Source: Felis catus (lineage: Eukaryota). From it: 64,000 nucleotides of DNA. The first letter of the stretch is position 1, and every line of letters begins with the position of its first letter. The stretch covers positions 218,366,001-218,430,000 of the forward strand of contig NC_058368.1 in the NCBI RefSeq assembly GCF_018350175.1, read 5' to 3'. A program made the position numbers and the translations under genes. Positions 13,764 to 26,990 of the stretch are shown in pieces. Under the pieces are notes generated by a model, which saw only the letters and a program-made list of their open reading frames with translations, did not search any database and had not been told where the DNA came from.

Positions 13764-14654
13764 TCACAGGGTCCCCCTTAGGATCTCTTGTAGGGCTGGT
13801 TTAGTGGTGATGAATTCCTTCAGTTTTTGTTTGTTTTGGAAGACTTTTATCTCTCCCTCTATTCTAAATGACAGACTTGCTGGATAAAGGATTCTCGGCT
13901 GCATATTTTTTCTGTTCAACACATTGAAGATCTTGTGCCAATCCTTTCTGGCCTGCCAAGTTTCAAAAGAGAGATCAGTCACGAGTCTTATAGGTCTCCC
14001 TTTATATGTTAGGGCACGTTTATTCCTTGCTTCTTTCAGACTTTTCTTTTTATCCTTGTATTTTGCCAGTTTCACCATGATATGTTGTGCAGAAGATCGA
14101 TTCAAGTTATGTCTGAAGGGAGTTCTCTGTGCCTCTTAGATTTCAATGCCTTTTTCCTTCCCCAGTTCAGGGAAGTTCTCACCTATTATTTCTTCAAGTA
14201 CCCCTTCAGCACCTTTCCCTCTCTCTTCCTCTTCTGGGATACCAATTATGCGTATATTATTTCTTTTTAGCGTATCACTTAGTTCTCTAATTTTCCCCTC
14301 ATACTCCTGGATTTTTTTACCTCTCTTTTTCTCAGCTTCCTCTTTTTCCATAATTTTATCTTCTAGTTCACCTATTCTCTCCTCTGTCTCTTCAATCCAA
14401 GCCGTTGTCATTTCCATTTTATTTTGCATTTCGTTTAAAGCATTTTTCAGCTCCTCCTGACTTTTCCTGAGTCCCTTGATCTCTGTAGCAAGAGATTCTC
14501 TGCTGTCCTGTATACTGTTTTCAAGCCCAGCGATTAATTTTATGACTATTATTCTAAATTCACTTTCTGTTATATTGTTTAAATCCTTTTTGATCAGTTT
14601 GTTAGTCATTATTTCCTGGAGATCCTTTTGAGGGGAATTCTTCCGTTTTGTTAT
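13764..14654 (-). pseudogene. LINE-1 ORF1p, start codon lost and internal nonsense codon
   Basis: ITKRKNSPQK... begins with ATA at 14654 where ATG is expected. Coiled-coil region and 'KRNNIRIIGIPEEEE' follow. In-frame stop at 14136-14138, then 'GRPIRLVTDLS...PRILYPASLSF...KPALQEILRGTL*' to 13764. Confidence 0.92.
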
Positions 14655-15557
14655 TTTGGATAGTCCCTGGAGTGGTGCAGGACTGCGGGGCACTTCCCCT
14701 GTGCTGTCTTGAATAACTGGAGTTGGTGGGCAGGGCCGCAGTCAGACCTGATGTCTGCCCCCAGCCCACTGCTGGGGCCACAGTCAGACTGGTGTGTGCC
14801 TTCTCTTCCCCTCTCCTGGAGGGGGATTCACTGTGGGGTGGCGTGGCTCGTCTGGGCTACTTGCACACTGCCAGGCTTGTGGTGCTGGGGATCTGGCATA
14901 TTAGCTGGGGTGGGTAGGCAAGGTGCATGGGGGCAGGAGGGGCAGGCTTAGCTCGCTTCTCCTTAGGTGATCCACTTCAGGAGGGGCCCTGTGGCAGCGG
15001 GAGGGAGTCAGACCCGCTACTGGAGGGTTGACTCTGCAGAAGCACAGCATTGGGTGTTTGCACAGAGCGAGCAAGTTCCCTGGCAGGAACCGGTTCCCTG
15101 TGGGATTTTGGCTGGGGGATGGGTGAGGGAGATGGCGCTGGCGAGTGCCTTTGTTCCCAGCCAAGCTGAGCTCTGTCTTCCAGGACTCAACAACTCCTCC
15201 TCCCGTTGTCCTCCAGCCCTCCCGTTCTCGGAGCAGAGCTGTTAGCTTATCATCTTCCAGATGTCAAGTCCTGCTTGCTGTCGGAACACATTCCATCTGG
15301 CCCCTCCGCTTTTGCCAGCCAGACTCGGGGGCTCTGCTTGGCTGGTGGGCTGCCCCTCCCCCGGCTCCCTCCTGCCAGTCCGTGCAGTGCGCACTGCCTC
15401 TCCGCCCTTCCTACCCTCTTACTTGGGCCTCTTGTCTGCGCTTGGCTACAGAGATTCTGTTCTGCTAGTCTTTGGTGGCTTTCTGGGTTATTTAGGCAGG
15501 TGTAGGTGGAATCTAAGTGATCTGCAGGACCCACGGTGAGCCCAGCGTCCTCCTACG

Positions 15558-15567
15558 CCACCATCTT
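15558..15567 (-). promoter_or_regulatory. YY1-like site at the L1 5' end (internal promoter)
   Basis: Minus strand reads AAGATGGTGG about 12 nt from the element 5' end. The canonical L1 YY1 core is AAGATGGCGG/AAGATGGCC, so this is consistent with a CpG transition. Confidence 0.55.
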
Positions 15568-16007
15568 CCTCGAACCACTCAAAAATTTTTTTAAATAAAA
15601 AAGGAGAAGAAAATAAAACTCAGAGTCAAATAGTATATTTTTAGTATATTTCCTTCCAGTCATTGTCTGTATCTGTGTGAATGTATGTGTGTATGTGTGT
15701 ATTAAATGGAGATGTATTTCCTGATAAAACTTCTAGTATTCAACTGTATAGCTCATTTTTCTATTTAACAATATGTGGTAATTATTACATGCTATTAAAT
15801 ATGTATTTAATATATGATTTAAAATTTGATTTCATAAAGTGAAGATGGCCTTAATTACTCATAATTCGTATATCAGATTTTATATGTGTGTATGCACAAA
15901 GCAGTTCTTGGCAAAAGTTTCAAACTTTTTTTTACTTTTTTCATTAGGATAATTTCTCTAAAATTGGCTTACTTGGTCAACGATTAAATGTTATATCTAT
16001 TCTTCAA

Positions 16008-16203
16008 AATCATTTATTTTTGAGAGAGACAGCGACAGAACATGAGCGGAGGGATGGGCAGAGACAGAGGGAGAAAATCAGAAGCAGGCTCCAGGCTTTG
16101 AGCTGTCAGTACAGAGCCTGATGCAGCGCTCAAACCCTTCAACTGTGAAAGCATGACCTGAACCTAAGTCAGACACTCAACCGACTGAACCATTCAGGTG
16201 CCT
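16008..16203 (-). mobile_element. Can-SINE
   Basis: SINE body in reverse; 'tctattcttcaaa' present on both sides. Confidence 0.88.
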
Positions 16204-16619
16204 CTATTCTTCAAATTCTTAATACTTGTAAAGTACATTTTAAAAAATATTTTCAGTTTATAGGTAAACATTCTATATAATATACATATAGGAATAAGTA
16301 TATTTTGGGTATATTATATATTTCATATAATATTTTATCTTATTATATTTATCATATATTTATATCCTTATTCTCTTAAGAAGGTAAATTTCAATTTACA
16401 TGCTTTTTGCCACAATAAGAATAATCAACCAATCAAAGAGAATGAAATCCACATTCACTTCAAATCCCTTGTATTTTTATATTTTGAAACATAACCAGAC
16501 ATAATCACAGGTTATTATTTACAAGTAAAAAATAATTTTCAAAAAGAGAGATCTGATAATGCTACGTAGCCAAATGGCCCAATATTCTATGAGTATAATG
16601 GGATAATTTGATATCAATT

Positions 16620-17270
16620 TCCTCCTCAAAATATATATGCAGGACAGCATTGTGTAACACTTACACAGTATTCTTCCAAAAATGGAAAATCTACCTAATT
16701 ATTAAAAAAATTCAGATAATTTGAAATGCCTATTATTTCAAGCAAATTGTTCTGTACTTTTCACAAATGTCTATTTCATGAGGGAAAAATAAAAGCATAG
16801 GAACTTCTCTAGTTTAAAGACCAAATAGACCTAACAACTAAATACAAAATGAGTAACCCTGGATTGTATGCTAAATTTGGAGGAAAATGCTCTAAAGCAT
16901 ATTATTAGGATAAATAGCAAAATTTTAGTATGGATTGTAAATTAGAAAATACCATTGTATCTGTGTTATGTTACATGCCTGTTAAATTTACTGTGCTTTT
17001 GAAAAAGAATGACTTTGGCTCAGGGAAAGATCTTAAGTTCATAGAAATATTTTCAAGTGGGATAACAATATCATTCTTCTATATGTTTAGAGAGAAATAG
17101 ATGAGATAGATGATAAATGATAGATAGATAGATAGATAGATAGGTAGATAGATACAAATAGAGCAAGCATATGTAACAAAATATCAACAATTGGTGAATG
17201 TAGATAAAAGATATACAGATTTACTTGGACTATTTTTTTCAAACTATTTGTTTAAAAATAGATAAAACAA
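16620..17270 (+). mobile_element. Ancient LINE-1 3' end (L1MC/ME-type)
   Basis: Degenerate L1 3'UTR-like motifs such as 'taacaactaaatacaaaatgagtaaccctggattg' and 'aacaattggtgaatgtagataaaagatatacag'. Confidence 0.5.
17095..17155 (+). repeat. (GATA)n microsatellite, imperfect
   Basis: 'tagatagatagatagatagataggtagatagata'. Confidence 0.9.
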
Positions 17271-17694
17271 ATAAAACTATCTAGACATTGTAAACCATAA
17301 ATATCATCATATTATATACACTGATACAAAACAATGTTCTTCATCACAGAGTTACAGCTAATGTGGAAGATTACTGGAAACTTCCCCATGATACTATTTA
17401 ACAGAGCAGAGAGAGAAATATAGAGCAGTGTCTTAACCTTGTGATAGAGATGTAAGTGGTCTAGCATGGACTAAAACTTACTAGTACTATATATACATAT
17501 AATTACAGTGGAGAGCAGCAAGAATTTTATTCTTGAAAGGAAACATTCAAATTTGCAAATATTATCAAAGAGCCCTTCTGATCTACATTTTGACAAATTT
17601 TCATTATGAGCATGTTATGACAGCTTGTAGGAGCATAGGCTATTTATGCAAATGTTGCAAGTACCAAAAAATGCCCTGGGGCTAATTGTGTCAC

Positions 17695-17980
17695 CTTTTT
17701 TTTTTCAATTTTAACTTTTTATTTAAATATGAATATACATACAGAAAAGCATATATAAGTACATAGATGATGAATTTTTACAAACTGAAAACCCCTGTAA
17801 GAGCACACAGATTGGGATATAGAATTTTACCAGCATTCCAGAAGCCAGCCCCCTTATTACCACAGTCACCACCACCCCTCTCCCACCCCAACACGGATAA
17901 CCACGTTCTTGATTTATAACATGATATATATGTTTTGCTTGTTTTGGTACTTTGCATCAATGAAAGGAAATCTCTACACT
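17695..17980 (-). mobile_element. Ancient LINE-1 3' end fragment
   Basis: T-rich tail followed by 'atatacatacagaaaagcata...gatgaatttttacaaactgaaaacccctgtaa...tagaattttaccagcattccagaagcc'. Confidence 0.55.
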
Positions 17981-18411
17981 TGACTATCAAGGGCTGGAGC
18001 TAGCCTGGCTCTAACAGCTTGCCTAAGGTGCTTTCCTTTGAATGTATTAAAATATCATTTTAAAATGTCAAAGTTGAATCAAAAGTTCCTCTAAAGATAT
18101 ATGCTTTTCCCTGGCTCTCCCACAATAATATGTAAATTAAGAGGCGAAAAATGTGTGTGGTCTTGATTATTTTTTCTTTGCCAGTATCATGGAGTGTATT
18201 TTCCACAGCAAACCTACTGTAGTTGTTTTAACAGTTAAAATATAAAAAGACCACTTCTATGTTATTATATACCATAATAAGGAGTATAATAAACAACATT
18301 ATCACACTGACAGAAACAGCAATATTCAGATATAAAAGGTTTCTGATAAACCATGAGATAGCAAACTGTTTAATCCATGTGCTTCCAACCAAATTACTTT
18401 TACATATTTTC

Positions 18412-18642
18412 TTTTTTTTCAACGTTTTTTTATTTTTTTTAATTTTTTTTTAATTTTTGGGACAGAGAGAGACAGAGCATGAACGGGGGAGGGACAGAGA
18501 GAGAGGGAGACACAGAATCGGAAACAGGCTCCAGGCTCTGAGCAATCAGCCCAGAGCCTGACGCGGGGCTCGAACTCACGGACCGCAAGATTGTGACCTG
18601 GCTGAAGTCGGACGCTTAACCGACTGCGCCACCCAGGCGCCC
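18412..18642 (-). mobile_element. Young Can-SINE (SINEC_Fc)
   Basis: CpG-rich, near-consensus body ending 'ccgactgcgccacccaggcgcccc'; 'ttacatatttt' present on both sides. Confidence 0.95.
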
Positions 18643-19139
18643 CTTACATATTTTCATATTTAAAGGTAATTACATTTATCACTCATCATTGAAAAGAAAA
18701 GGCTCCGAGAAAATTAACACGTAGACTTGACCAATGAATCAGAACATTCGGATGCTGACTTTCCATATTTATTTACTATTTGATGGCTCAGTTTCTCCAG
18801 TATTGACGCCTTGTATAAGATTATTGTAAGAATTTTTAAGCTTTATGTAAAGTCTTTACAGAGCTACAGACTTGTCTCAAACTCAAATATTATTATTAGA
18901 ATATATTTCTCTTATAAGTGATAGTCCTTAATTTATGAACAATTTATAGAAACATATAAGACTGAGAATATTGCTAACAAACAAATAGAAAGTAATCCTT
19001 TAAATCGGTAACAACAGTTCACAGTACATGGAAGTATAAATAATTATGGAAATAGAAAATATTTAATATATATAAAATATATAATATATATAAGCCTAAG
19101 ATGGATTTCATTCTTTTTGATTGATTAATTATTTTTATT

Positions 19140-20588
19140 GAATTTTTTTTCAATTTTTATTATTTTATTGTGGTAAAAGACATGTAAAATGAAATTTACC
19201 TTCTTAATAGAATTTTAAGTATACTGAGGCACCTGGGTGGTTCAGTCGGTTGAGTGTCTGACTTCAGCTCAGGCCATGATCTCACAGTTTTTGGGTTCGA
19301 GCCCCATGTTGGGCTCTGTGCTGACAGCTCAGAGCCTGGAGCCTGTTTTGGATTCTGTGTCTCCCTCTCTCTTTGCCCCTTCCCTGCTCATACTCTGTCT
19401 CTCCCCATCTCAAAAATAAACATTCAAAAAAGTCAAAAAAAAGAATTTTAAGTGTTCAGTACACTATTGCTAGTATACATTGATATACAGCAGATCTCTA
19501 AAATGTGTTTGTGTTGCATGAAAAAAAACTCTATACCCGTTCAAAAGAACTCTCCATTTTTCTTTTCTCCCTCCCTCTGGAAACTTCGTTCTACTTTCTA
19601 ATTTATGAGTTTGACTACTTTAGATGGCTCATATAATTGAAATCTTAGAACATTTATCCTCCTATGACTGGTGTATTTCTTGTAGCAAAAGGTTCGTATT
19701 TCATCCATGCTGTAGTGTGGGATAGGATTTCCTTTTTAAAGGCTGAATAGTATTCCACTGTACATATATATTTACATATAATATATATGTATATATGTAT
19801 AATTTTATTTATCCATCTGTTGATGGAAATTTACATTGTTTCCTCCTTTGTTGTGAATAATGCTGCAGTGAGCATGGAATGTGCACGTCTATTTGAGATC
19901 CTGTTTTCAGTTCTTTTGGATAAATGCCCAGAAATGGGATTGCAAAATATATGATAGTTATATTTTTAATATTTGAGGAATCTCCATAAAGTTTTCCACA
20001 GCAACTGTATCATTTTATATTCCCACTAGCAATGCACAAGAGTTTCCATTTCTCCACATCCTTTCAAAACTTGTTATTTTTCTTTTCTTTCTCTGTCTCT
20101 CTCTTTCTTTTTGATAATGGTCATCTTAACAGGTGTGAGGTGATAGTCCAACATGCTTTTGACTTGCATTTCCTTGATGACTAGTGATGTTGAACATGTA
20201 TTTCTTTCATATGTCTCTTGGATACTTGTATGTCTTCTTTAAAGAAATGTCTACTCAAGTCCTTTGCCCAATTTTTAATTGAGTGGGTTTTTTGTTTTTA
20301 ATGGGGTTATTTTATTTTGTTTTTTTTTTATAGAGTTCCTCATTTATTTTGGAAATTAACCCTTAGCAGATATATGGTTTGCAAATATTTTTTTCATGCT
20401 TCATAGGTTAACTTTCACTCTGTTGATTCTTTCCTTTGCTGTGTGGTAACTTTTTAGTTTGATGTAGGCACACTTGTCTATTTTTGTATTTCTTGCCTGT
20501 GCTTTTGGTGTCATCGCCATGAAATCATTGTTAAGATCAATGTTATAAACTGTATGATTTTTGCCTAGGAGTTTTAGAATTTCAGGGC
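19140..20588 (-). mobile_element. Old 5'-truncated LINE-1 (L1MA/MB-type), interrupted by a SINE
   Basis: Reverse L1 3' sequence: 'ggctgaatagtattccactg', 'tgtgaataatgctgcagtgagcatgg', 'aaatgtctactcaagtcctttgccc', 'atatggtttgcaaatattt'. Confidence 0.85.
19226..19441 (+). mobile_element. Can-SINE inserted in the old L1
   Basis: SINE body; TSD agaattttaagt at 19209-19220 and 19442-19453. Confidence 0.92.
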
Positions 20589-20589
20589 T

Positions 20590-20993
20590 TATGTTTAAAT
20601 GTTTAATAGTAGAAGCAGAAAAGGGAACAAGAAAGACAACACAGAAGAGAATATCCGTGAGATATAAACTATGAGGGAGTCAGGAACTGACAACTGGCAC
20701 CAAGGAAGGAAGTAGGAACTCAACTGACAACCTGAAAAGAATTAGACACCTTTATCCTAAAACTATGTAAGAATGGGATTTTCCAAAAAATGAGTAAGAC
20801 TAGAGGTTGACTGTGCCCAAGAACCTCCAGGAAAGAGTCCAGACTGACCAACACTGTGATTTTTCCTTGTAAGATTCTAAGCTGATCAGTCACTTTGACT
20901 TCTGACTGACATAAGTGTGATAAAATAAATGCATGTTATTTTAAGCCACTACATTTGTGGTAATTTATTCTGCAGAAATAGAAAACAAATACA
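20590..20993 (+). mobile_element. MaLR LTR (MLT1-type)
   Basis: 3' end 'aataaatgcatgttattttaagccactacatttgtggtaatttattctgcagaaatagaaaacaaataca' is typical of MLT1 LTRs. Confidence 0.75.
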
Positions 20994-23565
20994 GATTGTG
21001 TATATGTATATATGTATGGATATATGGAAGGATGGATTTATATGGGATTAGAAATTAATTTTCCTTCTCTCCATTGGTGATTTAAGTTAAATTGGGCATT
21101 ATTAAATTCTCCAGTCACAAGATCACTTTGTCACAAATTCTTCCTGAGACAGTTGTTTATGTATTATAGCCAGAAAATATTTTGACTTTATTTAAGCTGT
21201 TCTACCATTTCCTAATTAATTATCTGTACAGACTACCAATCCTAACTTCCAATGCCTTCACAGTTGGGGTAAAATATTAAAAAGAATGGACATTATTGGT
21301 GTTTTTCTCAGCTCTATTGGGTTTTTTGTCAAAATCTTTATTCTTTTTATGCCATCGAAACCATTTTATTCTTTGTATATGCTGGAGGCACACAACTAAC
21401 TTTCCTAAGCTGCTGCATTTAAACTTTAATTTGATTTACTTATGTCTTATATAATATTTAATTACATAATTAATCTTGACCACTAGAGAGATGATCATTC
21501 ATGTTCAATCAGTCATTTAGAACTCGAAGTCATATGTATACATTTTCCCCACTTTCCTGATTATTTTCAGATATTGGTAACTGTTTAGCAAAGGAGATGG
21601 GCTTCCCAGAATTCAGAAAACAGAAACTAAATTAATATGGTTTCTAATGAAATATGATCGTAACTTAAACATACTGTTGCACAACTGGATAACAATAAGG
21701 GCAAAATGATTATTTCCAACCTTATTTATGAAAAATAAAATCTGACACTTTAAAATTATGTTTATATATTTTAAAATATGAGCTAATAATGTTCTTGTAT
21801 AACTGTGTATAAATATTTTTTCATTTTGTGTTTTGACACTATATTTTTTGCTTTAGTTCTTAGAAATAATGCAATATTGTAATGATTTTTGTTTCCTATT
21901 GATATGTTTTAAGTATTTCCTATATATCTGTTTATATTCAAAGCAATCTTTTAGAAATTCATGTAGCATTTTCCCCCCTAGAGGTTTAATGCAAGACATT
22001 TTTATCTTTAGTGGTAAATAGATCTGACAACATGTTTAGCCACAAAGCCAAGAAGATTAATAATATCTGTTAAAGGAAAATTAAAAACATTCTTTTCCAT
22101 CTAAAAAGAAAAAGTAAATTACTGCAACAAATACATTAATGCAGTTAATCCATTACATTTATAGATTCCATTATGTAAATTTATTAGATTTTTATCCAAC
22201 ATCATTTATTCAGAATAATGCAATCTTATAAGCCATAAATTGAAGCTTGCTAATGGATTCAGATATGTTTATATTTTTTAAGCACTGAGGAGTAGAAATG
22301 CAAATACTGTTGGGCCACAAGTGACTCAGATCATTCATCCATGAATGAAGACAAAAACTCATCAAAGGCACAAAAGATGATCAGGTGTACATGAATATCA
22401 GCATATATTTTCAAGGGAATGCTACTATCTAGTAAAATCTGCATTCAATGTTAATGAATGGGAAAATGTTAAAAAAAATACTTTAGTATTGTGTCATTCA
22501 TTCAGCTTAGTAACTCCCAACTTTGTGTGAATGTTGGTAGTTTTGGTTCAAAACAGAAGCTCTCAGGTTATCTCCTGACAATTTACTTTTTTCTCCCGAT
22601 TTGTTTCTGCTTTCCAAAATTAATGCATAAGATAATTACAAAATTTCTAAGAGCAATTGAAGATCAGAGATAAAAAAAAGAAAACCTATTATTGATTTTC
22701 ATGCTTCAATTAGATCCTACCAGCCATTAACCTTGTAACAATCCTCACCTATATGCTAAGTAATTAGTATGGTCTCCAAATCCTGAAGCCCTTATTCTGA
22801 GAACCATTTTATTTACATGGAGCCAATAGTGTTGATTTAACAGTTCTATGTGATAGTTTAATATTCTAATTATTTACATTATTGATAACTAGAAATCATA
22901 TATATGTTTTTTCAATGAGTACGTATTCTCACTCAAAATTTGCACTGTCTAGAATAGTATTTCTAAGTTTAGAATGCCTGTTAGAAGAAGTAATCTATAA
23001 AAATGCTTCCATTTACAATATTTTTATTATAAATAATTTTTGGTAGAGGGTTTGGAGTAGGATATGAACATACTTATGCTAAAGAATATCTCAATAAAAA
23101 CATAATGCCACATATATGGTTCTACTTGAATCAGTGTTATTTTCATAGGTCTACTGTTAAACATAACCTCATAATAAAAGTTGCCTCTTTCCTTTGAAGA
23201 TTATCTTACATAAGGAAAGTCCATGTTATATTACAACCATGGAGAAATTTTCAGTATGCATTGAGTGGAAAGCTAAATGAGCTCATTTTCCTTTTAATTA
23301 GGTGACAAAAGAAAACATATCATTATTTTATTTAAAAAGGAAATCTCTCAATGACTGGTAGAAGCTCTAAATATGTAAATTAGTGATGGATCAGAAGCCA
23401 AATATATGTATGTTTTCATATGAATACATAAATAAATTGGTCTTTAGTTTTCTTATCATTAAAAATATATATTAACTAAATAATTATGGGTAGAAGTGCA
23501 AATACACATAGTTTAAATGAACATTTAAATGAATAAATACCTAAAGATGCACCTGTGTTAAATAA

Positions 23566-23890
<325 letters not shown>

Positions 23891-24317
23891 AATATATCTT
23901 AATGAATATATGCACACTTTATTCAACACACCCTATTCACATGTGGTCACTACAAGTTCTTGTCCCTACTGAAAAATGAAATAATATGAAGGAAAAAAAA
24001 AAAAGAAATAGGAATATAAGAGTTGCTATGTAAGTTCTAAAAACTATGGAACAATGTCATTTTATAGAACATAAAATTCCTACTAAGTCTAATACAAATG
24101 GAAAATATTCCAAACTACATAAAGATCCTGAGGTGCAACTCACAAATAGTCTTTATTAGAACTTACTACTGGAATAAATTGGCCGGCCCTAAGAGGATTC
24201 CCTTTGGGGAATGTAGTGTAGTCCCAAATATGTACCTTCCTAAATCGGTAACCTGGGATACATTATTTACCTTAATTTCTACCATGGTATTAAAAATTGA
24301 ATCAATGGTAGTATTCA

Positions 24318-24760
24318 CCTGTGTTGGTATGAATCATCTGAGGAGTAGGATCAAGACCATTTAAATATGCAAGGATGTTAGAGGGAAACTGAGGAGAGAG
24401 CTTCGTAAGATTGGAACAGCCATCTAAGAACAAGTGAAGTCTGACCCATAAAGAAGGAAAATAAAAGATAGATTTAGTAGAAGGTTTGTAAACTGCTGTG
24501 CAATGGAGAAAATTTTAGCAAGGCTGTTGGGGAGTCTTTAAGCCAAAAATAATCACTAGGGGTATGTTAGGTCTCCCAGGAATGGGTCTACAGCAGTGTC
24601 CCTGCTAAACTTAGTTACTGCCTGGGAGCCGCCCGAGTGAAGTATGGACTGAGTACACATGCAGAGATGGGTTTCAGAGCATAGCAGCTGAGGCCTTGGG
24701 TTAACTTTTCTCCCTGTAGTCAAGGGTCTGTGAGGTGCATTTCTGTGGCCACTTCATTAC
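24318..24760. mobile_element. Possible old MaLR LTR
   Basis: GC-richer block with MLT1-like phrases ('ttttagcaaggctgttggggagtctttaagccaaa', 'cagtgtccctgctaaacttagttactgcctgggagc'). Confidence 0.45.
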
Positions 24761-25742
24761 CTCATAGAGTTATGAATTTTACAAAAACAATTTTATAAAA
24801 CCCTTAAAAGGTTTTTGCTCGATAAATGCTTGCTATTATTTGAAACTGGAAAGAACCTGCCCTCAAGTAGTGAAATAAACTGCAGTTCACATGTGGATCC
24901 TTAGAGCTATGAAGGTTCACAGAATTCAGAATTGCTAAACCAGAACGCCCAAGTACAAACTGAGGAATGCAAAGGGCACATGCAGCAAGGAACGAGGCTT
25001 TCTTCTTTTTTCCTTCTTTTTCCTGACCTAGCAGTAGCATCAGGGAGTTGAAGATCAGCCTTTCTAAGGGAGAAGACCAAGGGAAAATTGAACATTTCAG
25101 ATTGCTCCTGATACAACACATTCACTGATTATAGAGAATAAACTGCATTAAGGCAGTACAAGCATAGAGCACCCAGCCGCCAGGGGTGTGTGAACCGAGC
25201 AGTCTTACAGGTCTTTTGTAAACAAGTGAAGTATATAATTTGCAAATTCTCACATAATTAAAAATGTAAATTAAGTTAAAACAAATACCTTATTTTTTAT
25301 ATGACATACAAGATTTTATACTTAGAATATGACTCAAATGCAGAGTCCTCCTTTTGTACACGCTTTTCTCAGGTTCTATGCTGCAGTATTGGATATTAGA
25401 CCATAAAGGGACTTAACATTTCTAATGATGCATTTATGTTCAAGGACAGTATTTTACACCTGTTCTATGATACTTCAGCTATAACATACTATATTCAAAT
25501 TTAAACCATGCTCAAAGACTTGCATCATCAAACTTGAATGAGTGTAGATGAGGACAGGAGGAGCACTCAACAATGAGAACAATATAAGAACTTAAAATTG
25601 CATGCCATTGTTGAGACAAAAGGACTGTTCATACCACACAGCACGGAAAAGTTTCAAGAGGTAAAGACATCTACACATTTTCTTTCTATAGCTACAGACT
25701 GCCACATGTGCTGCTGAGTATAATTTTTTAAATTTTGTTTTT

Positions 25743-25950
25743 GGGGTGCCTGGCAGCTCAGTTCATTAAGCTTCCAACTCTTGATTTTGGCTCGGGTCAT
25801 GATCTCACGGTTCTGATATGGAGGGCTGTGTGGGGTTCCGTGCTGAGCACGGAGTTTGCTTGGGATTTTCTCTCTCCCTTTCTCTCTCTGCCCTTGCTTT
25901 GCTCACTCTCTCTCTCTCTCTCCAAATAAATAAACATTTAAAAAAGTAAA
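25743..25950 (+). mobile_element. Can-SINE (older subfamily)
   Basis: 'ggggtgcctggcagctcagtt...ctcttgattttggctcgggtcatgatctcacgg', then (CT)n and A-rich tail. Confidence 0.9.
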
Positions 25951-26039
25951 ATAAATTTTATTTTCATTTTGGAAATACTGGAAATTACCAGGAGTAAATT
26001 TCTGATCAAGAAGCACTGTGACATTGATGCAAGGCATTG

Positions 26040-26180
26040 TAGTCATGAATCATTTCAACAACTTAAACTTTCTGAGCTTCAGTTTTCATACTCATAAAGC
26101 AAAGTGGAAATAACTTTCTCATTATAATGCTCTTTTATTAAATTTATAATATATGTAAAATATTTACCACATATCTACAT
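26040..26180 (+). mobile_element. MIR core relic
   Basis: 'acttaaactttctgagcttcagttttcatactcataaagcaaagtggaaataac' resembles the MIR core. Confidence 0.5.
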
Positions 26181-26234
26181 CAAAGTAAGAAATGATAAGA
26201 AAAAAGTCTTGAACTCATATAGTAGGCTATCACA

Positions 26235-26430
26235 GAAGGAGGCAGAATGTCTGTATTGATAGGAGCTTCCAGACTGGTGAAAGCATCCATGTGTTGGGAG
26301 AGTCACACACCCCAAAGCTACAAGGACAGAAGATCCTGTGCTCTATATCCTTCTGAACCTTGCCCTGTGTACCTCTTCCTCTGCTTACCCATCTATACTT
26401 TTTATAACAGCCTTTATAATAATAGCAAAC
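26235..26430 (+). mobile_element. MER21-like LTR fragment
   Basis: 'gagcttccagactggtgaaagcatccatgtgttgggagagt...acagaagatcctgtgctc...ccttgccctgtgtacctcttc'. Confidence 0.55.
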
Positions 26431-26880
26431 ATAAGACAGCATCTATGAACATAAGAAGAGAAATCTCAGATTCCAATGAACACATGAGCTATTCAGATAG
26501 CGAGCGAAAACAACACTTATTTCCTAATGCTGAACTCTGAGATCAGTGGAATCATAGTTTTAGTCATATTTGGAGATGATGTCATATTATTGAAGAGATT
26601 AACAAATTTTTATGATATAAATCATGTTTTAAATTTATCCGGCTACCTCAACGTACATATGAATACCAATGTATGTCAAGGAGGATAGAACTGAAAGTGT
26701 ACTGTGTTTACCCAGAAGACAATAAAACTTTTGAAGTTGGGGACATACATATAATTCTCAGGGTAAGCTTAACAATTTTTAACTCTGTGGCAAAAATTTA
26801 AACAACATATGGGTTCATCCAATTCTGAAAGTACAATCTCATGCATAAAACTAGTGAAATAAAAGATTCCATTATTTAAA

Positions 26881-26990
26881 TCGTGCTGTGCTAGCGGCGC
26901 AAAGCCTGCTTGGGATTCTCTCTCTCGGCCCCTGCCCTTCTTGCACTGTCTCTGTCTTCTCAAGACAAATTTAAAAAGTTAAAAGAAAAA
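26881..26990 (+). mobile_element. 5'-truncated Can-SINE
   Basis: 'ctgtgctagcggcgcaaagcctgcttgggattctctctctc...' plus an A-rich tail, with no head. Confidence 0.75.

Larger units (their letters stand above)
9652..15578 (-). mobile_element. Full-length felid LINE-1 (~5.9 kb), inactivated
   Basis: GC-rich 5'UTR (~14655-15578), ORF1, ORF2 (EN, RT and C-terminal domains visible in the ORF track), 3'UTR with G-rich tract and poly(A) (T-rich on + near 9645-9670). Flanked by TSD-like 'tcaaaaa(aa)ttttttt' at 9636-9651 and 15579-15592. Confidence 0.97.

Noticed and set aside
10709..14460. Plus-strand ORFs of 60-126 aa over the L1
   Set aside because: Antisense shadows of L1 ORF1/ORF2 with no independent coding signal.
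14709..15539. Overlapping ORFs in the L1 5'UTR as a possible ORF0 analogue
   Set aside because: GC-rich sequence has few stop codons and several starts are non-ATG. ORF0 is described for primate L1, and nothing here supports an equivalent.
25170..25190. Second CTCF-like motif (CAGCCGCCAGGGGTGTG)
   Set aside because: It lacks the conserved GGC of the core, so it is a much weaker match.
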